Source: an uncultured Oscillospiraceae bacterium (GTDB taxonomy: Bacteria > Bacillota > Clostridia > UMGS1883). From it: a stretch of DNA of 64,000 nt. Position 1 is the stretch's first letter; each line of letters starts with the position of its first letter. Under the pieces are notes generated by a model, which made no database searches, was not told the DNA's origin, and saw nothing but the letters and a program-made list of their open reading frames with translations. The stretch spans positions 8,203 to 72,202 of the forward strand of contig CAYLPQ010000003.1 of NCBI GenBank assembly GCA_964385605.1, in the 5' to 3' direction. This document shows positions 37,768 to 47,248 of this stretch, in pieces. The position numbers and the translations under genes are program-made.

Positions 37768-38610
37768 TCAATCAAGTAAGTCAACAATTCTTGTAAGGTC
37801 TTTAACGGAATAGAACTCAATCTCTATTTTACCTTTACGGTTTCCTTTTATTCTGACCTTTGTCCCATATTTTTCGCTGAGAGTGCGTTCCACATCAGGA
37901 TAAACACTTTCTTTCTCTGTTTTTTTCTTTTTTTTCGGCGGTGTGTCCTCTTTAGCGAGAGCTTCTACAGCTCTTACTGTAAGCCCCTCATCAGCAATTT
38001 TCTTTGCTGCATCAATACGGGATGCGCCCTCCGGCAGAGACAACAGCGCTCTTGCGTGTCCCATAGAAAGCTTGTTTTCGGCAAGCATTGTCTTTATCTC
38101 ATCTTCCAGCGAAAGAAGACGGAGCATATTTGCCACATTACTGCGGCTTTTACCCACTCTTTCACTGACCTTATCCTGTGTCATAGAGAACTTGTCCATC
38201 AGAGTTTTATATCCAAGCGCCTCTTCAATAGGATTAAGGTCTTCACGTTGAAGATTTTCTATAAGAGCAACTTCCGCAATCTGTAACTCGTCATAATTTC
38301 TGACAATCGCGGGAATTTCTGAAAGATTGGCAATTTTCGCCGCTCTCCATCGACGTTCACCTGCAATTATACTGTAGTAACCGTTGTTTCCCTCGGTTAC
38401 GATTATTGGCTGAATAATGCCGTGTTCCGATATGGAATTTGCCAGTGCCTGCAGTTGTTCCCGGTCAAAATTCTTTCTGGGCTGGTCACGGCGCGGCTCA
38501 ACAAGGCTGGTTTTTAGCATTACAACATCGCCCTGCTCCGTTTTCTCCTCTGCGCCATGTTCTGTGCTTTCAAACAAAGCATCAAGCCCCTGTCCCAAAA
38601 CTCTTTTCAT
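37768..38610 (-). CDS. parB: chromosome partitioning protein ParB/Spo0J
   Basis: ParB box IIAGERRWRAA and an HTH (SQDKVSERVGKSRSNVANMLRLL). Overlaps parA by 4 nt. Confidence 0.95.
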   Translation of the reverse strand: MKRVLGQGLDALFESTEHGAEEKTEQGDVVMLKTSLVEPRRDQPRKNFDREQLQALANSISEHGIIQPIIVTEGNNGYYSIIAGERRWRAAKIANLSEIPAIVRNYDELQIAEVALIENLQREDLNPIEEALGYKTLMDKFSMTQDKVSERVGKSRSNVANMLRLLSLEDEIKTMLAENKLSMGHARALLSLPEGASRIDAAKKIADEGLTVRAVEALAKEDTPPKKKKKTEKESVYPDVERTLSEKYGTKVRIKGNRKGKIEIEFYSVKDLTRIVDLLD

Positions 38611-39401
38611 TCTACACCATCCTCCCCGTTATTTCCCGGCGGATTGCTTTCAGCAACCTCCGCGGCAAGCTCTGTATAAGCCTGCGCCCCTTTGGAAGAT
38701 TCATCATAATATACAACAGGTCTGCCGAATCCCGGCGCCTCACTGATTCTCACATTCCGCGGAATAATCGTGCGGTAAACTTTTCCCGGGAAAAACCGCT
38801 TAACCTCATCAACAACCTCAACCGCAAGATTTGTGCGGGCATCGTACATAGTCATCACAATACCCTCAATAAAAAGCGAAGGATTAAGCGCTTTTTTTAT
38901 TCTTTTTACCGTTTCAACCAGCTGACTTACACCCTCAAGAGCATAAAATTCGCACTGTATAGGTATCAGAACACTGTTTGCCGCAGTGAGTGTGTTTATC
39001 GTTATAAGTCCCAGTGACGGCGGAGTGTCTATAAGGATAAAATCGTATTCTTCCTTAACCCCTTCAAGACTCTGCTTCAATCTGTTTTCTCTGCCCATAA
39101 CACTGATTAACTCAACCTCTGCCCCTGATAATTCAAGGTTCGATGGACAAACAAAAAGATTTTCATATTGGGAGGGAATTGCCACGTTTTCCATTTTTTC
39201 TTCATTTATAAGACAGTCGTAGATAGTTTTTTCGACTCTTCTTTTATCTATTCCAAGTCCGCTTGTGGAATTTCCCTGAGGGTCTATATCAACAAGCAAA
39301 ACCTTTTTACCCATTTTTGCAAGACAAGCGGCAAGATTAACCGTTGTTGTGGTTTTTCCCACACCGCCTTTCTGGTTTGCGACAGCTATTATTCTGCTCA
39401 T
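38607..39401 (-). CDS. parA: chromosome partitioning ATPase ParA/Soj
   Basis: Deviant Walker A NQKGGVGKTTT. ATG 39401 lies after GGAGGG; the track ORF starts at 39443. Confidence 0.95.
   Translation of the reverse strand: MSRIIAVANQKGGVGKTTTTVNLAACLAKMGKKVLLVDIDPQGNSTSGLGIDKRRVEKTIYDCLINEEKMENVAIPSQYENLFVCPSNLELSGAEVELISVMGRENRLKQSLEGVKEEYDFILIDTPPSLGLITINTLTAANSVLIPIQCEFYALEGVSQLVETVKRIKKALNPSLFIEGIVMTMYDARTNLAVEVVDEVKRFFPGKVYRTIIPRNVRISEAPGFGRPVVYYDESSKGAQAYTELAAEVAESNPPGNNGEDGVE
38781..38794. promoter_or_regulatory. Noc-binding-site-like palindrome
   Basis: TTTTCCCGGGAAAA against the B. subtilis NBS consensus ATTTCCCGGGAAAT (12/14, perfect palindrome). Lies inside parA. Confidence 0.5.
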
Positions 39402-39446
39402 TTTTACCCTCCTTTTTCGTTGTTTTAATATAGTATAACACAAAAA

Positions 39447-39462
39447 TGTTTCACGTGAAACA
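39447..39462. promoter_or_regulatory. parS site (parA-noc intergenic)
   Basis: TGTTTCACGTGAAACA, a perfect consensus palindrome. Confidence 0.9.
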
Positions 39463-39569
39463 TTTTTTTATAAAAAATTTGTTTTTTTACAAAAATACAG
39501 CTATATCAGAGCTTTTACGATGTTAATTACATATAAAAGGCCGCATTTTTACAAAAAGCGGCCTTAACT

Positions 39570-40367
39570 TTATTTATATGCCTTAATAACAAACTCCGTA
39601 TATTCTTCATTCTCATTCTGCGAATATTCCACCCGTGCGCCATTACTTTTCAACAGTTCTATCGTTTTTTTGACAGTATTTATGTAGATAGGATCTCTCT
39701 TCAAAGCTTTTTCTTTGTTAATTTCAGATATGCGCCTTTTTTTCGGTTTTTGAGACATATTTATAAGATTTGAAGAAACGAGTTTTCTTATATCTTCGGG
39801 AGAAAGACGTTCCTCCTTTGCTTTTTTTATTATATCAAGCTGTTTTTCCTCATTATGAAGTCGTAGAAGCTCTTTTATGGCTGATTCTTCAATTTCTGCA
39901 TTTTCTATTTCTTTTCTTACACTTTCTCTTAAAGAAAGTATTCTGACCCTGTCATTAAGTATAAAAGGGCTTACAGACAGGCTTTTCTGCAATTTATCTT
40001 TTTTTATGCGGTGAAACATCATCAGATTATAAAACCCCTCCGCTTCCTCGAAAATCCCCAGATTTCTGCGGTGCAGGTTTTCTATCAGCGACAACTGGGC
40101 GCATTGAGCATCACCCGCACGCACAATTATTGCGGGAATTCGCTCCACAGATGCAAGAATTGCCGCTCTGACGCGTCTTTGACCACAAATCAGCTCATAT
40201 CCAAAGTTGCTTCTTCGTACAATTACCGGGCAGAGCATTCCCACCTCTTTTATTGATTCTGCAAGGCTTTCAATATCAGTCTGACAAAATTTTCTGCGTA
40301 TCTGGTAAGGGTTTGGGATTATTTCCTTGGGAGAAATCATTTTTATCTTTTGGGTGGTACTAATCAC
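39570..40367 (-). CDS. noc: ParB/Noc-family paralogue (nucleoid-occlusion-like)
   Basis: ParB N-terminal domain (IIPNPYQIRRKF, ICGQRRVRAA). Sits between parA and rsmG, as noc does in Bacilli. Start codon uncertain (GTG 40367 or ATG 40340). Confidence 0.75.
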   Translation of the reverse strand: MISTTQKIKMISPKEIIPNPYQIRRKFCQTDIESLAESIKEVGMLCPVIVRRSNFGYELICGQRRVRAAILASVERIPAIIVRAGDAQCAQLSLIENLHRRNLGIFEEAEGFYNLMMFHRIKKDKLQKSLSVSPFILNDRVRILSLRESVRKEIENAEIEESAIKELLRLHNEEKQLDIIKKAKEERLSPEDIRKLVSSNLINMSQKPKKRRISEINKEKALKRDPIYINTVKKTIELLKSNGARVEYSQNENEEYTEFVIKAYK

Positions 40368-40535
40368 CTTTAAACAGTCCTTTCAAAATATATTAACTAT
40401 ATTTTACCATTTAACCGCTATATATTGAACAAAAACTTTTCGCCTTATGCCAAGCAAATGCGACATTTTGCTATGTTTGAACCAACCAAGGAATAATAAA
40501 GTCCTTGTTATATTAAATTTTTCTCTTTTACTTCG

Positions 40536-40567
40536 TACGGTCTGCGCTTTTTATCAAGCCGTCCGTA
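40536..40567 (-). repeat. stop-adjacent box, degenerate copy H
   Basis: Minus-strand reading is TAA-TACGGACGGCTTGATAAAAAGCGCAGACCGTA, directly after the rsmG stop. Closed by TACGG/CCGTA. Confidence 0.45.
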
Positions 40568-41272
40568 TTAAACAATAGGCTCTTTCGATGGTTTTCCGGC
40601 TTTTCGTGGGTATTTTGATGGGGTTTGAGAGATTTTTCTTACAATTACAAGACAATGCTTTATTTCCGATGGTAAAACAACCTCTTTTACTTCCTCAATC
40701 TGTCCGCCCATTTCCTTTATAGCTTTTTTCGCATTGTTTATTTCTTCTTCCGGGTCATTTCCTTTCATAGCTACGAAATATCCGCCTACCTTTACAAAAG
40801 GAAGAGCATATTCTGAAAGAACTGCAAGGTCAGCAACGGCTCTTGCGGTAGCTACATCAAATTTTTCACGTAATTCCTTGTTTTTTCCGCCTTCTTCCGC
40901 TCTGAAATGCAATGCTTTTGCGTTTTTAAGACCTACTTTTTCAATTACATCATTTAAAAAGTTAATTCTTTTATTGAGAGAATCAAGCATTGTAAGGTTT
41001 ATGTCCTCTCTCACGACTTTTACGGGAACAGACGGAAAGCCTGCTCCTGCACCTATGTCTATAAGAGAGCAACCCTCTGTGAGTTTTCCGCTTGAAATAA
41101 GGGTTATTGAATCAAGAAAATGCTTTTCCTGAACCTCTTCATGGTCAGTTATAGCTGTAAGATTCATAAATTCGTTGTATTCAAGCATCATTTTCTCATA
41201 TTTTGAGAGATTTTCTTCCTGTAACGGTGTTATTTCAATATTAAATTTTGCAGCTTCTTTTATTAAATCCAT
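40568..41272 (-). CDS. rsmG: 16S rRNA (guanine527-N7)-methyltransferase RsmG
   Basis: GidB family with SAM motif LIDIGAGAGFPSVPVK. Confidence 0.95.
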   Translation of the reverse strand: MDLIKEAAKFNIEITPLQEENLSKYEKMMLEYNEFMNLTAITDHEEVQEKHFLDSITLISSGKLTEGCSLIDIGAGAGFPSVPVKVVREDINLTMLDSLNKRINFLNDVIEKVGLKNAKALHFRAEEGGKNKELREKFDVATARAVADLAVLSEYALPFVKVGGYFVAMKGNDPEEEINNAKKAIKEMGGQIEEVKEVVLPSEIKHCLVIVRKISQTPSKYPRKAGKPSKEPIV

Positions 41273-41274
41273 AC

Positions 41275-43140
41275 TTATTTTCCTTTCGATGCAAGATAAA
41301 TCAAAAGTACACCTATATCTGCAGGGCTTACTCCGCTGATTCTGCTTGCTCTGCCTATATTTTCCGGACGCATTTTTTCAAGCTTTTGTCTTGCTTCTAT
41401 TCTTAATCCGTAAACTTCTGAATAATCAATGTCTTCAGGTATCAGTTTTTTCTCATTTTTTTCAAAGCGCTCTACCTGTTCGCACTGTCTTTTTATATAT
41501 CCTTCATATTTTACTGCAATTTCCGCCTGCTGCCACACAGATTTTTCAAGCACCGGTCTCTCATTATCGTAGGGAGCAAGAGATTCGTAGCTTAATTCCG
41601 GTCTTCGTATGAGTTCTGCAAGTTTTATACCTGTTGAAAGAGTTTGACTTCCATTTTCTTCCAGATATGTATTGATTTCCTTACTTGGGGGGATATTTAC
41701 AGAGTTAATTCTTTCAATTTCTTTTTCTATATTTTCCTTTTTCTGTAAAAACTTATTATATCGTTCCTCTGAAATAAGACCAACCTCATATCCTGTAGGG
41801 GTAAGACGCAAATCTGCGTTATCCTGACGAAGAAGAAGTCTGTATTCAGCTCTTGAAGTAAGCATTCTGTAAGGCTCATTTGTTCCTTTTGTTACAAGAT
41901 CATCTATAAGTACGCCGATATATGCCTCATTTCTGCCGAAAACTACGGGTTCTTTTCCGTCGAGCTTTCTTACAGCATTAATTCCGGCAATAAGTCCCTG
42001 TGCTGCTGCTTCTTCATAGCCGCTAGTTCCGTTAAACTGTCCTGCACCGAAAAGTCCGGGAATTTCGCGCATTTCGAGGGAGGGTTTAAGCTGCAAAGGA
42101 TTACAGCAATCGTACTCAATTGCATACGCACTGCGCATTATTTCCACGTTTTCAAGACCTTTCATAGTCTTAAGCATTGCAAGCTGAACATCTTCGGGGA
42201 GACTTGAACTCATTCCCTGAAGATACATTTCCTCTGTAGTAAGTCCCATAGGTTCAATAAACACCTGATGTCGGTCCTTATCGGCAAATCTTACCACCTT
42301 ATCCTCAATTGAGGGACAATAACGGGGGCCTACGCCGTCAATAAGACCGTTGAAAAGGGGACTGCGGTGGAGATTTGCCTTGATTATATCATGAGTTTCC
42401 TTATTTGTGTAAGTAAGATAGCAGCATACCTTGTTTTCACCGGGGTCTTCCGTTTCAAAGGAGAAAGGAACTATTTCCTCGTCACCTTCCTGCTTTTCAA
42501 GAACAGAAAAATCCACACTTCTTGCATGAACTCGGGTAGGAGTACCTGTTTTAAAACGCATCATTTCAACACCCAGTTTTTGCAGGCTTTCACTGAGACC
42601 GTTAGAAGGGAAGAGGCCGTCGGGACCGCCACTGTAAGCAGTTTCACCAATGATAATTTTACCCTCCATATATGTTCCGGTGGAAAGAATAACGCATTTT
42701 GCATAGAATTTTGTTCCCGTATGTATTGTGAGAACGTATCCGTCGTCGTCTTTTTCCACTGTTTTAACTTCAGCCTGTCTTATAAAGAGATTTTCCTGCT
42801 TTTCGAGACGTCGTTTCATCTCAATCTGATACGCACGTCTGTCAGCCTGTGCACGGAGAGAATGTACTGCAGGGCCTTTTCTTAAATTAAGCATTCTTGT
42901 CTGAAGCTTCGTAAGATCAGCAACCTTTCCCATTTCGCCACCGAGAGCATCAATTTCTCTTACAAGATGACCTTTTGCCGTACCGCCAATGCTGGGATTA
43001 CATGGCATATTTGCAATAGAATCAAGATTTATGGTAAGAAGAAGAGTCTTTTTACCAAGTCTTGCCCCCGCAAAAGCCGCTTCACATCCTGCGTGACCAG
43101 CACCTATAACCGCAATGTCAAAATTAAATGTAGTATCCAT
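41275..43140 (-). CDS. mnmG: tRNA uridine-5-carboxymethylaminomethyl synthesis enzyme MnmG
   Basis: FAD motif [12 protein letters not shown]. 621 aa, GidA family. Confidence 0.97.
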   Translation of the reverse strand: MDTTFNFDIAVIGAGHAGCEAAFAGARLGKKTLLLTINLDSIANMPCNPSIGGTAKGHLVREIDALGGEMGKVADLTKLQTRMLNLRKGPAVHSLRAQADRRAYQIEMKRRLEKQENLFIRQAEVKTVEKDDDGYVLTIHTGTKFYAKCVILSTGTYMEGKIIIGETAYSGGPDGLFPSNGLSESLQKLGVEMMRFKTGTPTRVHARSVDFSVLEKQEGDEEIVPFSFETEDPGENKVCCYLTYTNKETHDIIKANLHRSPLFNGLIDGVGPRYCPSIEDKVVRFADKDRHQVFIEPMGLTTEEMYLQGMSSSLPEDVQLAMLKTMKGLENVEIMRSAYAIEYDCCNPLQLKPSLEMREIPGLFGAGQFNGTSGYEEAAAQGLIAGINAVRKLDGKEPVVFGRNEAYIGVLIDDLVTKGTNEPYRMLTSRAEYRLLLRQDNADLRLTPTGYEVGLISEERYNKFLQKKENIEKEIERINSVNIPPSKEINTYLEENGSQTLSTGIKLAELIRRPELSYESLAPYDNERPVLEKSVWQQAEIAVKYEGYIKRQCEQVERFEKNEKKLIPEDIDYSEVYGLRIEARQKLEKMRPENIGRASRISGVSPADIGVLLIYLASKGK

Positions 43141-43176
43141 AATAAAAATCCTTTCACAAAGGTTTTTTAAGTTCTA

Positions 43177-43262
43177 AATTATAAATTCGAAGTGATGATA
43201 GGTTTTCTTTTTTAAAGAAATCTTTTCCTTCATTTTGAATTTCGCACTTTACATTTCGCATT
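43177..43262 (-). repeat. inverted heptamer arrays filling the mnmE-mnmG spacer
   Basis: 43177-43197 reads AATTATA AATTCGA AGTGATG. 43235-43262 reads TTGAATT TCGCACT TTACATT TCGCATT. The right array abuts the mnmE stop codon. Confidence 0.7.
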
Positions 43263-44593
43263 TATTTTCCGAGACAGAATTTTTCGAAAATCCTATTTAC
43301 TGTTTCCTGATTTATACTAATTCCCTCGGCTTCACCTAAAAATGCAGTAGCCTGTTCAATATCAATGGCGCAAAGATCACTGAAAAATCCGTCATCAATA
43401 GTATTTTTGGCTTTTTTTATACATTCTGTTCCTCTTACAACTGCCTCAAACTGTCTTTCGTTGGCTATAAAAGCAGTGCTTTCGGAAGTTCCTATAATTT
43501 TTGAAATAGCTTTTTTAATTTCTTCTATTCCTTTTTCTCCTTTAGCGCTTACAGATAGGTATTTATCATCTTTATTATCTATTAAATCAGTCTTATTTGC
43601 AACAAAAATACAATCTTTTTCTTTTATTATTTCAAGAATTTCTTTTTCTTCGTCGGTCAATTCTTTTCCGGATTCCGTTACAAAGATACATATATCGGCA
43701 TTCTTTATATAATCATAGGATTTTTCAACACCTATGTTTTCTACAACATCTTCACTTTCTCTTATACCTGCAGTATCGCCGAATTTTACAGGTATTCCTT
43801 CAATATCAGCATACTCCTCAACAACATCGCGGGTTGTTCCCGCTATATCTGTTACAATAGCTTTGTTTTTTTCTGTCAGAGCATTTAACAAAGAGCTTTT
43901 TCCCGTGTTTGGAATACCGCATATTGCGCAGGTTATACCATTATTAAGAGCTTCACCCCGGCGGGCTGATTTTTTAAGGGATTCCAGTCTGTTTAATACA
44001 GAATCCAGCTTTTCCGAAAGCTCACCGCCGGCAAATGCATCAATATCCTCTTCCGGAAAATCACTCGAAACCTGGATTGCGGCAAGGAGGTCAAGAAGAT
44101 CCTCTCTGATTTTTATAATAGGCTTTGTAATTCCGCCCTCAAGTCTGTTTACAGCAGCATACAGCGCCTCATCTGTTTTTGAATTTATAACATCATTTAC
44201 CGCTTCAGCTTCAGTAAGGCTTAATTTACCGTTGAGAAATGCCCTTTTTGTAAATTCACCCTTACCTGCCATAGAAGCACCATTTTCTATAAGTGCATCT
44301 ATAATTCTTTCCACACTTACCATAGACCCGTGACAGCTTATTTCGCAGACATTTTCTCCTGTAAAGGAGTTAGGTGCACGAAATACACTGACGAGACATT
44401 CATCAATCACTCTGTTTTCAAAACAAGCCTTGCCATAAACTATGGTATATCCGTCAGCATCTGTTATCTTTTTATTCGATTTAATGACTTTTTCAGTTAT
44501 TGAGAGAGCATCATTTCCACTTATTCTTATAACTGCGATGCCACCTTTTCCACGGGGGGTAGAGAGGGCACAAATTGTAGTGTTATCAGTCAT
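43262..44593 (-). CDS. mnmE: tRNA modification GTPase MnmE
   Basis: TrmE N-domain, G-domain (GIPNTGKSSLLN, DTAGIR), and C-terminal FCLGK. Start at ATG 44593; the track ORF starts at 44641. Confidence 0.95.
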   Translation of the reverse strand: MTDNTTICALSTPRGKGGIAVIRISGNDALSITEKVIKSNKKITDADGYTIVYGKACFENRVIDECLVSVFRAPNSFTGENVCEISCHGSMVSVERIIDALIENGASMAGKGEFTKRAFLNGKLSLTEAEAVNDVINSKTDEALYAAVNRLEGGITKPIIKIREDLLDLLAAIQVSSDFPEEDIDAFAGGELSEKLDSVLNRLESLKKSARRGEALNNGITCAICGIPNTGKSSLLNALTEKNKAIVTDIAGTTRDVVEEYADIEGIPVKFGDTAGIRESEDVVENIGVEKSYDYIKNADICIFVTESGKELTDEEKEILEIIKEKDCIFVANKTDLIDNKDDKYLSVSAKGEKGIEEIKKAISKIIGTSESTAFIANERQFEAVVRGTECIKKAKNTIDDGFFSDLCAIDIEQATAFLGEAEGISINQETVNRIFEKFCLGK

Positions 44594-44736
44594 ATTTTCA
44601 CTTCCAATATTAAAAAATAAGAGGTAAAAGTATTTTCTCATAAGATATTATCTTACAAGAAAGACCTTTCACCTCTTTCTCACTTTATTAAAGTTATTTC
44701 CGAGCTCTTTTTGAGGCGCTCAAAAATGGTGTGGAA

Positions 44737-44805
44737 CTTACGAACTGAACCGAAGGGTTACCCGAAAGTGTACGTGGGTACACCGAGAGGTGAAGTTCGT
44801 GAGTA
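44737..44805 (-). repeat. structured ~70-nt element, copy 2 (homologue of 50238-50309)
   Basis: Minus-strand reading is ACTCACGAACT-[47 nt]-AGTTCGTAAGT. 11-bp closing stem, with interior about 70% identical to copy 1. Confidence 0.7.
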
Positions 44806-44942
44806 GAATTTGGATAAAATTTAAAATTCGTGTAACGAATTTTTTCTATAAACAATAAAACTCACTTTGTTTTATTGTTTTATAAAATCAAATAATCTAA
44901 TTTACTGTTTCCAAATGCGATCAATGCCGTTTTTCAGCCGAC

Positions 44943-45635
44943 TCAAACTCCCTCGAGTTCGTTTTCTTTACGATTATATCTGTACTTTGAAACATAATCG
45001 TCTCCATATTCCTTTTTCTTTGTTGTTATAACGATACAACGGTTAGGATCCTTACCTGTAGAATATGTTGTAATATTTCTGTACTCCTGAAGTGCTGAAT
45101 GAATAATTCTTCTTTCGTTAGGATTCATAGGCTCAAGAGTAACACTCTTTCTGCTTCTTGAAACAACTCCTGCCATTCTTTTTGCAAGCTTTATAAGAGT
45201 TTCTTCTCTCTTACCTCTGTAATTTTCAGTGTCGATTGTAACTCTTATATAATCTTCCTCATCCTTATTTACAACAAGTGATGTAAGATACTGAAGTGCA
45301 TCAAGTGTATCGCCGCGTCTGCCTATTACCTTACCCACAGCTTCGCTGTCACCAACGATTTCAATATTTACAGTTTCATCCTCATACGAAGACTTTATTT
45401 CTGTTTCAATACCGAAATTATCCATTACACTTTTAACGTATTTTTCGGCTTTCTGAAGGGGATTTTCCTCCATCTTAACTCTTACCACTGCATTTTCTGC
45501 ACCGAGACCGAGGATTCCTCTTTTACCTTCATTTACTACTTCTATTTCTACATTCTCTCTGTCAGTATTAAGCTCAAGAAGTGCTGCATTAACGGCTTCA
45601 TCAATTGTTTTACCGCTTTTTTCTATAATAATCAT
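44943..45635 (-). CDS. jag: RNA-binding protein Jag/KhpB (Jag_N, KH, R3H)
   Basis: 230 aa. N-terminal Jag domain and C-terminal R3H (ERRIIHSAL). Confidence 0.9.
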   Translation of the reverse strand: MIIIEKSGKTIDEAVNAALLELNTDRENVEIEVVNEGKRGILGLGAENAVVRVKMEENPLQKAEKYVKSVMDNFGIETEIKSSYEDETVNIEIVGDSEAVGKVIGRRGDTLDALQYLTSLVVNKDEEDYIRVTIDTENYRGKREETLIKLAKRMAGVVSRSRKSVTLEPMNPNERRIIHSALQEYRNITTYSTGKDPNRCIVITTKKKEYGDDYVSKYRYNRKENELEGV

Positions 45636-46498
45636 TATTTTACTTTCCTTTCAGCCATTATTTCTTCTTCAATTTTTTTATTTATCACCTTTGTCATAAA
45701 TGCCTGCTGTAACAGCTGGAATGCTGTTGAAATAAACCAGTAAAGAGACATACCTACAGGCATTGTAACTGTGAAAAATGCTGTCATAATAGGCATAAAC
45801 GTCATCATTGAGTTTGACATACTCTGTGCCTGGTCAGCTGCTTCATTAGTCCTTTTCTTATCTGTCTTCTTATTGTTTTCCATCTGTTTCTTTGTAACAT
45901 AAGAAGAAATATACGTAGCAATTACTGCTAGAGCAGGGAATATCCATGCTGTAATGCTTGTCCAGTGGTCCTTGGGAATCATGGTAAGATCTATTCCGAA
46001 GAAATCGAAGTCTATCATATCCTTACCTAATTTTGCAAGCTCTGCCGCAAAACCTTCTATTCCGCAAAGACTAACCTGATACACAGCACCCTCTACACCG
46101 AGAGCTGTTGTTATTGTATCAATCTGTTCTTTAGTGAGTCCGAGCATATAAGTAAGCGGGTCATAAACAACACGTATAAATCCAAAGAGTATAAACATCT
46201 GAAGAATAAGGGGGAGACATCCTCCCATAGGATTAACGTTGTTTTTCTTATAAAGCTCCTGCATCTTTATGCTCTGCATATTTTTATCGTTTTTGTATTT
46301 TTCCTGAATTTTCTGAAGTTCAGGCTGAATAAGCTGTGTTCTGGCAGTGCTCTTCTGCGACATAATTGAAAACGGAATAGTTATAATCTTAATCAAAAGA
46401 GTTACTACAATAAGAGTGAGACCGTAATCACCAATCCACTCATAAATGGGCCTTATTATAAAGGCCAGAGGCTCCGCCAATGCATATAAAAATTTCAT
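45635..46498 (-). CDS. yidC: membrane protein insertase YidC/SpoIIIJ
   Basis: 60-kDa inner-membrane protein family signature (NPMGGCLPLILQMFILFGF). Confidence 0.93.
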   Translation of the reverse strand: MKFLYALAEPLAFIIRPIYEWIGDYGLTLIVVTLLIKIITIPFSIMSQKSTARTQLIQPELQKIQEKYKNDKNMQSIKMQELYKKNNVNPMGGCLPLILQMFILFGFIRVVYDPLTYMLGLTKEQIDTITTALGVEGAVYQVSLCGIEGFAAELAKLGKDMIDFDFFGIDLTMIPKDHWTSITAWIFPALAVIATYISSYVTKKQMENNKKTDKKRTNEAADQAQSMSNSMMTFMPIMTAFFTVTMPVGMSLYWFISTAFQLLQQAFMTKVINKKIEEEIMAERKVK

Positions 46499-46534
46499 TT
46501 TTATTCTCCTTATAAAGACCGATATGTAAACCGG

Positions 46535-46753
46535 TTACGGAACAGGGTCATACCCACCCTTACATAAGGGGTGGCATCTTAAAATTCTTTTTACAGACAA
46601 ATAAAGCCCCTTTATCACTCCGTACTTTTCAAATGCTTCTAAAGCATACTCTGAACAAGTGGGTGTAAAGCGGCAACAAGGTTTTTTCATAGGAGATATA
46701 TACTTCCTGTAAAATCTGATAATACCGATAAAAATTTTTTTAATCAGTCTCAT
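46535..46753 (-). CDS. yidD: membrane protein insertion efficiency factor YidD
   Basis: YRKYISP...[11 protein letters not shown]...RCHP motif. 72 aa. Confidence 0.93.
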   Translation of the reverse strand: MRLIKKIFIGIIRFYRKYISPMKKPCCRFTPTCSEYALEAFEKYGVIKGLYLSVKRILRCHPLCKGGYDPVP

Positions 46754-47084
46754 TCCCTTTTAAAAGCCCGCCTTCACAAAGCGCACTTTCCAAATCTTTT
46801 TTAAAATCGTAAAAGGTCGATTTAACCGACCTTCTCCTGGCTACAATCACAATATCGTACCCTTGAGACAAACCTTTTAAAAGTCTGTAATTTTCCTTAA
46901 TAGTCCGTCTTATTCTGTTTCTTGTAACGGCATTTCCCACCTTCGGGGAAACTGTCAGACCAAGTCTGTTGTAAGAAAAAGCGTTCCTTCTGTAATAAAG
47001 GGCAATACTACCCCTCACCACAGACTTACCCCTGTAATAGAGTCTTTTAAAATCACTGTTTTCTTTTATGGAAATTACTTTCAT
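46740..47084 (-). CDS. rnpA: ribonuclease P protein component
   Basis: RNase P protein motif ([19 protein letters not shown]). Start at ATG 47084. Overlaps yidD by 14 nt. Confidence 0.9.
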   Translation of the reverse strand: MKVISIKENSDFKRLYYRGKSVVRGSIALYYRRNAFSYNRLGLTVSPKVGNAVTRNRIRRTIKENYRLLKGLSQGYDIVIVARRRSVKSTFYDFKKDLESALCEGGLLKGNETD

Positions 47085-47098
47085 ACTACACACAGAGT

Positions 47099-47130
47099 GT
47101 GTTCTTTCTGCTCTTATGCAGAAAGAACAC
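47099..47130 (-). promoter_or_regulatory. perfect 13-bp hairpin spanning the rpmH stop codon
   Basis: gtgttctttctgc (47099-47111) pairs with gcagaaagaacac (47118-47130). No U-tract follows. Lies between rpmH and rnpA. Confidence 0.6.
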
Positions 47131-47248
47131 GTCTACCTCTCTGACGGCGTCTTCTGAGTACCTTTCTGCCGTTAGCAGTACTCATTCTCTTTCTGAAACC
47201 GTGGTCCTTTTTTCTTTTTCTTACGTTAGGCTGATAAGTTCTAAGCAT
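47114..47248 (-). CDS. rpmH: 50S ribosomal protein L34
   Basis: Not in the ORF track (44 aa). Minus-strand translation is [44 protein letters not shown], a canonical L34. Confidence 0.95.
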   Translation of the reverse strand: MLRTYQPNVRKRKKDHGFRKRMSTANGRKVLRRRRQRGRRVLSA

